A stretch of 62,156 nt of DNA, filler included, from an uncultured bacterium (GTDB taxonomy: Bacteria > DAOPZR01): the NCBI GenBank assembly GCA_964637655.1. It is 4 parts of 4 records of this genome, joined end to end, with 100 filler letters (N's around TTAATTAATTAA, not from the genome) between each part and the next. Parts side by side here need not be neighbours in the genome. Positions count along the whole stretch, not along the records: positions 47,100 to 62,156 come from CAZWUZ010000059.1; 3 more parts are not named here. One strand, 5' to 3'. Positions 58,174 through 62,156 of the stretch are shown in pieces. The position numbers and the translations under genes were made by a program. The notes under the pieces were generated by a model that saw only the letters and a program-made list of their open reading frames with translations, had not been told where the DNA came from and searched no databases. Position 1 is the first letter of the stretch; every line of letters starts with the position of its first letter.

Positions 58174-58523
58174 GGAGGAGGTACTCCATCTGCGCCAGGC
58201 AGCCGGCCTGCGGCCTGCTGCTCCCGGCACGTTCGTTATGTTTTTGGGGGCGCAGCCGGGCCTGCGGCCCGGCAGTGCCCGACACCGTCAGGTAGTCAGC
58301 CATGGAGGAGGTGCTCCATCTGCGCCAGGCAGCCGGCCTGCGGCCTGCTGCTCCCGGCACGTTCGTTANNNNNNNNNNNNNNNNNNNNNNNNNNNNNNNN
58401 NNNNNNNNNNNNNNNNNNNNNNNNNNNNNNNNNNNNNNNNNNNNNNNNNNNNNNNNNNNNNNNNNNNNGTGCCCGACACCGTCAGGTAGTCAGCCATGGA
58501 GGAGGTGCTCCATCTGCGCCAGG
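58170..58523. repeat. 130-bp tandem repeat: 30-bp gene-end copy plus 100-bp GC hairpin unit (copy number unresolved)
   Basis: CCATGGAGGAGGT(A/G)CTCCATCTGCGCCAGG at 58170, 58300 and 58494. N gap at 58369-58468. Confidence 0.85.
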
Positions 58524-58900
58524 AGCTGCTCGAAGCGCACCGGTTTGGCGAACATGGCGTCCGCCTTGACCCACGAGCGCTCCTCGGCAGTGGCGGCGTC
58601 AATCGAGATGCCGGTGTCGGCGCTGACCGCGGTGACGAGGATGACGGGGATTTTCACGTCCAGCTTTTTGATGTGGTAGCAGAGGGTGAACCCCGAGTCC
58701 CAGTTTTCCATCATCACGTCAACGATGGCGAGGTTGACCGGTTCCGTGCGCAGCACCTCCTCGGCGGCAGCGGCGCTGTTCGCTTCGAGCACGCGGAACC
58801 CCGCGCCGCGCAGCCGCAGCACCAGCTGCAGGCGGTAATCCTCGTCGTCATCGACCACCAGCACGGTCGCATCGTGGGCTTTCGCCTTTGTCTCAGTCAT
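58490..58900 (-). CDS. Single-domain response regulator
   Basis: LVVDDD, IVDVMME, LVTAV and KPV. Confidence 0.9.
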   Translation of the reverse strand: MTETKAKAHDATVLVVDDDEDYRLQLVLRLRGAGFRVLEANSAAAAEEVLRTEPVNLAIVDVMMENWDSGFTLCYHIKKLDVKIPVILVTAVSADTGISIDAATAEERSWVKADAMFAKPVRFEQLLAQMEHLLHG

Positions 58901-60929
58901 TGCGTTCCTCCGCGGCGGCCGGCGGCCGCCGTCTGTCCGTATCGCTCAGCGCGGCGCCGCTGCGCGGCAGCACCACGGTAAAGGTCGTCCCCGTCGGCCC
59001 GGCCGCCGGGTCGTTGTTGGACACCACGCGGATATCGCCGCGGTGCATCTTGACGATGCCGTAGCTGACCGCCAGCCCCAGCCCCGTTCCCTTCCCCGCC
59101 GGCTTGGTGGTGAAGAACGGTTCGAAGATGCGCGTCAGGTCGCCCGCGGGGATACCGGTACCCGTATCGCGCACAGCCAGGAAGATGCGCTCGCCGCGCA
59201 CCTCGCTGCGCACGGTCAGGGACCCGCCCGACGGCATGGCGGCATAGGCATTGACGACGAGGTTGGTGAGCACCTGCAGCAGGCGGTCGCCGTCAGCGGC
59301 GAGCACCGGGTCGGCCAGCGTCAGCTCGGTCTGCACGGTGATGCCCGGCGGCGGCTGATGGCAGTCGAGCACCTCGCGCACCAGCGCGTGCAGGTCGGTC
59401 GGCACGCTCTCCACTGTGTTGTTCTGCCGGGCGAAGTGCAGCAGCCCGGCAACGATCTTCTTGCAGCGCTCCGCCTGCCGCGCGATCAGGTCGAGGTCGG
59501 CGAACTGTTCCGAGTCCGGCTGGCTGGCATCGCGCAGCAGGTGCGCATACATGAGGACCACCCCGAGCGGGTTGTTGACCTCGTGGGCGATGCCGGCGGC
59601 CAGCTGGCCCAGCCCGGCGAGTTTCTCCGACTGCACCAGCGCCTCCTGCGTGGTCGCCAGTTCCGTGACCGTGGCGCGCAGCTGCTCGATCGTATGCGGC
59701 AGGCACATCTCGTTTTCCGCCAGTCCGAGGCGGATGGCGGCGGCATGCTCACGGCAGGTTTCGTAGCCGCAGGCCCCGCAATTGAGTTCATCCTCCGGCC
59801 CGCGCTGCCCGAGCCGGCGCAGCACCGCGGTCAACTCAGCGTCGTCGGGAACGGGGAGACGCTGGTCAGCGGCCGCATAGGTGCGCGTCAGGTCGAGGGC
59901 CGCGTCAGCCGCCAGTTCGCGCTGCCAGGCGACGCGGTCGAACGCTTTCTGCTGCCGGCGCACGTAGTCGCCGATGCGGGAGCGGCGGCGGAAGAGCGGC
60001 TCGGTGCAGGTCATGCCGGCGCCGGCGAGACAGCCCTGGCAGCAGAGCACCTCGAGCAGGCGGGCGGAGAGGTCGCCGCTCTCGAATTCGCGCACCGCCT
60101 CGACGAACTCGGCGCGCCCGGCGGCGGTGACGATCTCGTTGGTGGTGAGATCCTCATTCAGCGCCGCGGCCTGCAGCAGTCCGCGGCTGACGGCAAAGAG
60201 TCCGCCCAATCCGCCATGCGGCGGGTCGAACTCCGCGGGCGGGGCGGCGGCCGGGTCGAGACCGCGCTCCTGCCACAATTCGCGCAGTTCGCGGAAAGTA
60301 AGCGCGGCATCAACATCACGGTGCCCCGCGGCGTCGGTGACCTCCCCCTTCTTGGCGATGCACGGCCCGATGAAGACCAGCGGCATGGCGCCGTGCCGGC
60401 GGCGCACCGCGCGCGCCATCGCCACCATCGGCGAGACGATGGGCGCGAGCACCGGCACCAGTTCCGGGTGGTAGCGTTCGACGTAGCCGACGATACCGGG
60501 ACAGGAGGTGGCGATATAGCGCCGGTCCGGTTCCTCCGCCAGCAGCCGCGCATAGGCGGCGGCGACGAGGTCGGCCCCGTAGGCGACGGCAAACACGCGG
60601 GCGAAGCCGAGCGCATGCAACGCCCCGATGACCTGCCGCGCGTCGAGTTCCCCGAACTCGGCGGCAAAACTCGGGGCGAGAAGCGCGCCGACCGGCGCGG
60701 GGGCGGCAAGCAGCGTTCGCACCGCGGCGGTGCCGTCGAGCACCACCTTCGCCCCCTGGCTGCAGACGCGCACGCAGTTGCCGCAGGCGATGCAGCGCTC
60801 GGGCATGACCTCCGCCTGCCCGTCGACGATGCGGATGGCCTTGGCCGGGCATTCGCGCACGCAGGTAAAGCAGGTGCGACAGCGTTCGCGCAGCGTGCGG
60901 ATGAGCGGCTCGGCGGGCGTCTGGCGCAT
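58893..60929 (-). CDS. Sensory [FeFe]-hydrogenase-like domain fused to a histidine kinase (group C type)
   Basis: 2[4Fe-4S], variant H-cluster motifs ATSCPG, GPCIAKKGE and EVLCCQGC, an FeS domain LNCGACGYETC, HisKA AHEVNNPL and HATPase. Confidence 0.88.
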   Translation of the reverse strand: MRQTPAEPLIRTLRERCRTCFTCVRECPAKAIRIVDGQAEVMPERCIACGNCVRVCSQGAKVVLDGTAAVRTLLAAPAPVGALLAPSFAAEFGELDARQVIGALHALGFARVFAVAYGADLVAAAYARLLAEEPDRRYIATSCPGIVGYVERYHPELVPVLAPIVSPMVAMARAVRRRHGAMPLVFIGPCIAKKGEVTDAAGHRDVDAALTFRELRELWQERGLDPAAAPPAEFDPPHGGLGGLFAVSRGLLQAAALNEDLTTNEIVTAAGRAEFVEAVREFESGDLSARLLEVLCCQGCLAGAGMTCTEPLFRRRSRIGDYVRRQQKAFDRVAWQRELAADAALDLTRTYAAADQRLPVPDDAELTAVLRRLGQRGPEDELNCGACGYETCREHAAAIRLGLAENEMCLPHTIEQLRATVTELATTQEALVQSEKLAGLGQLAAGIAHEVNNPLGVVLMYAHLLRDASQPDSEQFADLDLIARQAERCKKIVAGLLHFARQNNTVESVPTDLHALVREVLDCHQPPPGITVQTELTLADPVLAADGDRLLQVLTNLVVNAYAAMPSGGSLTVRSEVRGERIFLAVRDTGTGIPAGDLTRIFEPFFTTKPAGKGTGLGLAVSYGIVKMHRGDIRVVSNNDPAAGPTGTTFTVVLPRSGAALSDTDRRRPPAAAEERND

Positions 60930-60938
60930 GACCGGCCC

Positions 60939-62156
60939 TCAGTGCACCGTATCGCGCTTGTGGTAGCGCGTATGCAGCAGGCGGTGCGCCTGTTCCCCGC
61001 CCGGTTCGCCGAGGTACTGCGTGTAGAGGCGGCGGATCTCGGGGTTGTTGTGCGACACGCGCAACGCCTCCTTCTGGTCGAGTTCGTAGAGTGCCTGCAG
61101 CCGCGCGCGCACCGCGTCGGGCTTGACCCCGATCGGCTGCCCGCCGCCGTTGATGCAGCCGCCCGGGCAGGTCATCACCTCGATGAAGTGCAGGTCCTGC
61201 CGCCCGGCGCGCAGCTGTTCGAGCAGGGCGCGGGCATTGCCCAGGCCGCTGACCACGGCAATGCCGAGTTCCTTCCCGTCGACCGTCACCTTCGTCTCCT
61301 TGATGCCGTCGAAGCCGCGGATGGCCTTGAGCGCGGGCACCTTGAGTTCCTTACCGGTGAGCAGGAAATGCGCGGTGCGCAGCGCCGCCTCCATGACCCC
61401 GCCGCTGCCGCCGAACAGCTTGCCCGCGGTGCTGCGCGTGCCGAACGGACTGTCGGCGAATTCCGGCTCGAGCGAGGCGAAGTCGATGCCGTTCATGCGG
61501 ATCATGCGCACCAGCTCGCGCACGGTGAGCACCGCGTCGATATCCGGTTCATCCTGCTGCGTCATCTCCTCGCGCCCCGCCTCGAACTTCTTGGCGGTGC
61601 AGGGCATGACGGCAACGCTGAAGATCTCCTGCGGCGGACGGTTGATCTCCTGCGCGAAGAACGACTTGATGACCGCACCGAGCATCTGCTGCGGGCTCTT
61701 GCAGGACGAAAGGTGCGGGATGAACTCGGGGTAGAACTGCTCGAGGAACTTGACCCAGCCGGGCGAACAGGAGGTGAACATCGGCAGTTTCCCGCCCTGT
61801 CGGATGCGGTTGACCAGCTCGGTCGCCTCCTCCATGATGGTCAGGTCGGCGGAGAACGAGGTGTCGAAGACGTAGTTAAACCCGAGGCGGCGCAGCGCGG
61901 CGTTGAGCAGCCCGCTGACGTCGCTGCCGGCGGGCAGCCCGAACTCCTCGGCGATGGTCACCGAAACGCTCGGCGCATGCTGCACGACCACCGTCTTCTC
62001 CGGGTGGCGCAGGGCGTCGACGACCTCCTTGATGCTGCTCTGCTCGCGCAGCGCCCCGGTCGGGCAGGCCATGATGCACTGCCCGCAGTTGACGCACGAC
62101 GACAGGTTGAGTCCCTGGTCGAACGTGGTGGCGACGTAGGCGTTGCAGCCGCGCCC
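60939..62156 (-). CDS. hydA: [FeFe]-hydrogenase group A catalytic subunit (5' part outside window)
   Basis: FTSCSPGW, MPCTAKKFE, EVMTCPGGCINGGG, preceding ferredoxin motif CVNCGQC..CPTGAL and C-terminal LLHT. Confidence 0.93.
   Translation of the reverse strand, partial: GRGCNAYVATTFDQGLNLSSCVNCGQCIMACPTGALREQSSIKEVVDALRHPEKTVVVQHAPSVSVTIAEEFGLPAGSDVSGLLNAALRRLGFNYVFDTSFSADLTIMEEATELVNRIRQGGKLPMFTSCSPGWVKFLEQFYPEFIPHLSSCKSPQQMLGAVIKSFFAQEINRPPQEIFSVAVMPCTAKKFEAGREEMTQQDEPDIDAVLTVRELVRMIRMNGIDFASLEPEFADSPFGTRSTAGKLFGGSGGVMEAALRTAHFLLTGKELKVPALKAIRGFDGIKETKVTVDGKELGIAVVSGLGNARALLEQLRAGRQDLHFIEVMTCPGGCINGGGQPIGVKPDAVRARLQALYELDQKEALRVSHNNPEIRRLYTQYLGEPGGEQAHRLLHTRYHKRDTVH

Noticed and set aside
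58170-58523. CRISPR-like 30-bp direct repeats
   Set aside because: The intervening sequences are identical where visible, and the repeat is a copy of a gene end.
1-62156. tRNA or rRNA genes
   Set aside because: No cloverleaf/T-loop or rRNA signatures were seen in the intergenic regions by eye. A tRNAscan or Infernal run would be needed to exclude them.

Overview
This window is high-GC bacterial DNA from a draft or MAG-type assembly. It consists of four unrelated contigs joined by 100-nt N/TTAATTAATTAA linkers (15718-15817, 31425-31524, 47000-47099), plus two internal gaps (7164-7173, 58369-58468). Gene content suggests a flagellated, diderm anaerobe. Contig 1 holds a DHS-like speY, GT-C/TPR proteins, a single-chain acyl-CoA carboxylase, sxtJ/carbamoyltransferase/DUF5989 genes and mraZ-rsmH. 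Contig 2 holds hicAB, rpsF-ssb-rpsR-yybS-rplI-dnaB, mlaE, argS, an orphan sigma28-type flgE and lptF. Contig 3 holds larBC, polA-coaE, hom, greA, iorAB and an anti-sigma pair. Contig 4 holds a GT-C and a radical SAM gene, an AT-rich island, and an [FeFe]-hydrogenase operon with a sensory hydrogenase-kinase and hydEG. The main finding is the AT-rich island (49952-54376), an integron-like array of five single-gene cassettes with no integrase beside it. Its five 64-66 bp attC-like hairpins have non-canonical geometry, and each cassette's first 7 nt are complementary to its own R'' core, the hallmark of circular excision and integration. An attI-like crossover, a near-consensus promoter and a palindromic operator sit at its head. 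All family assignments come from motif recognition by eye, not database searches.
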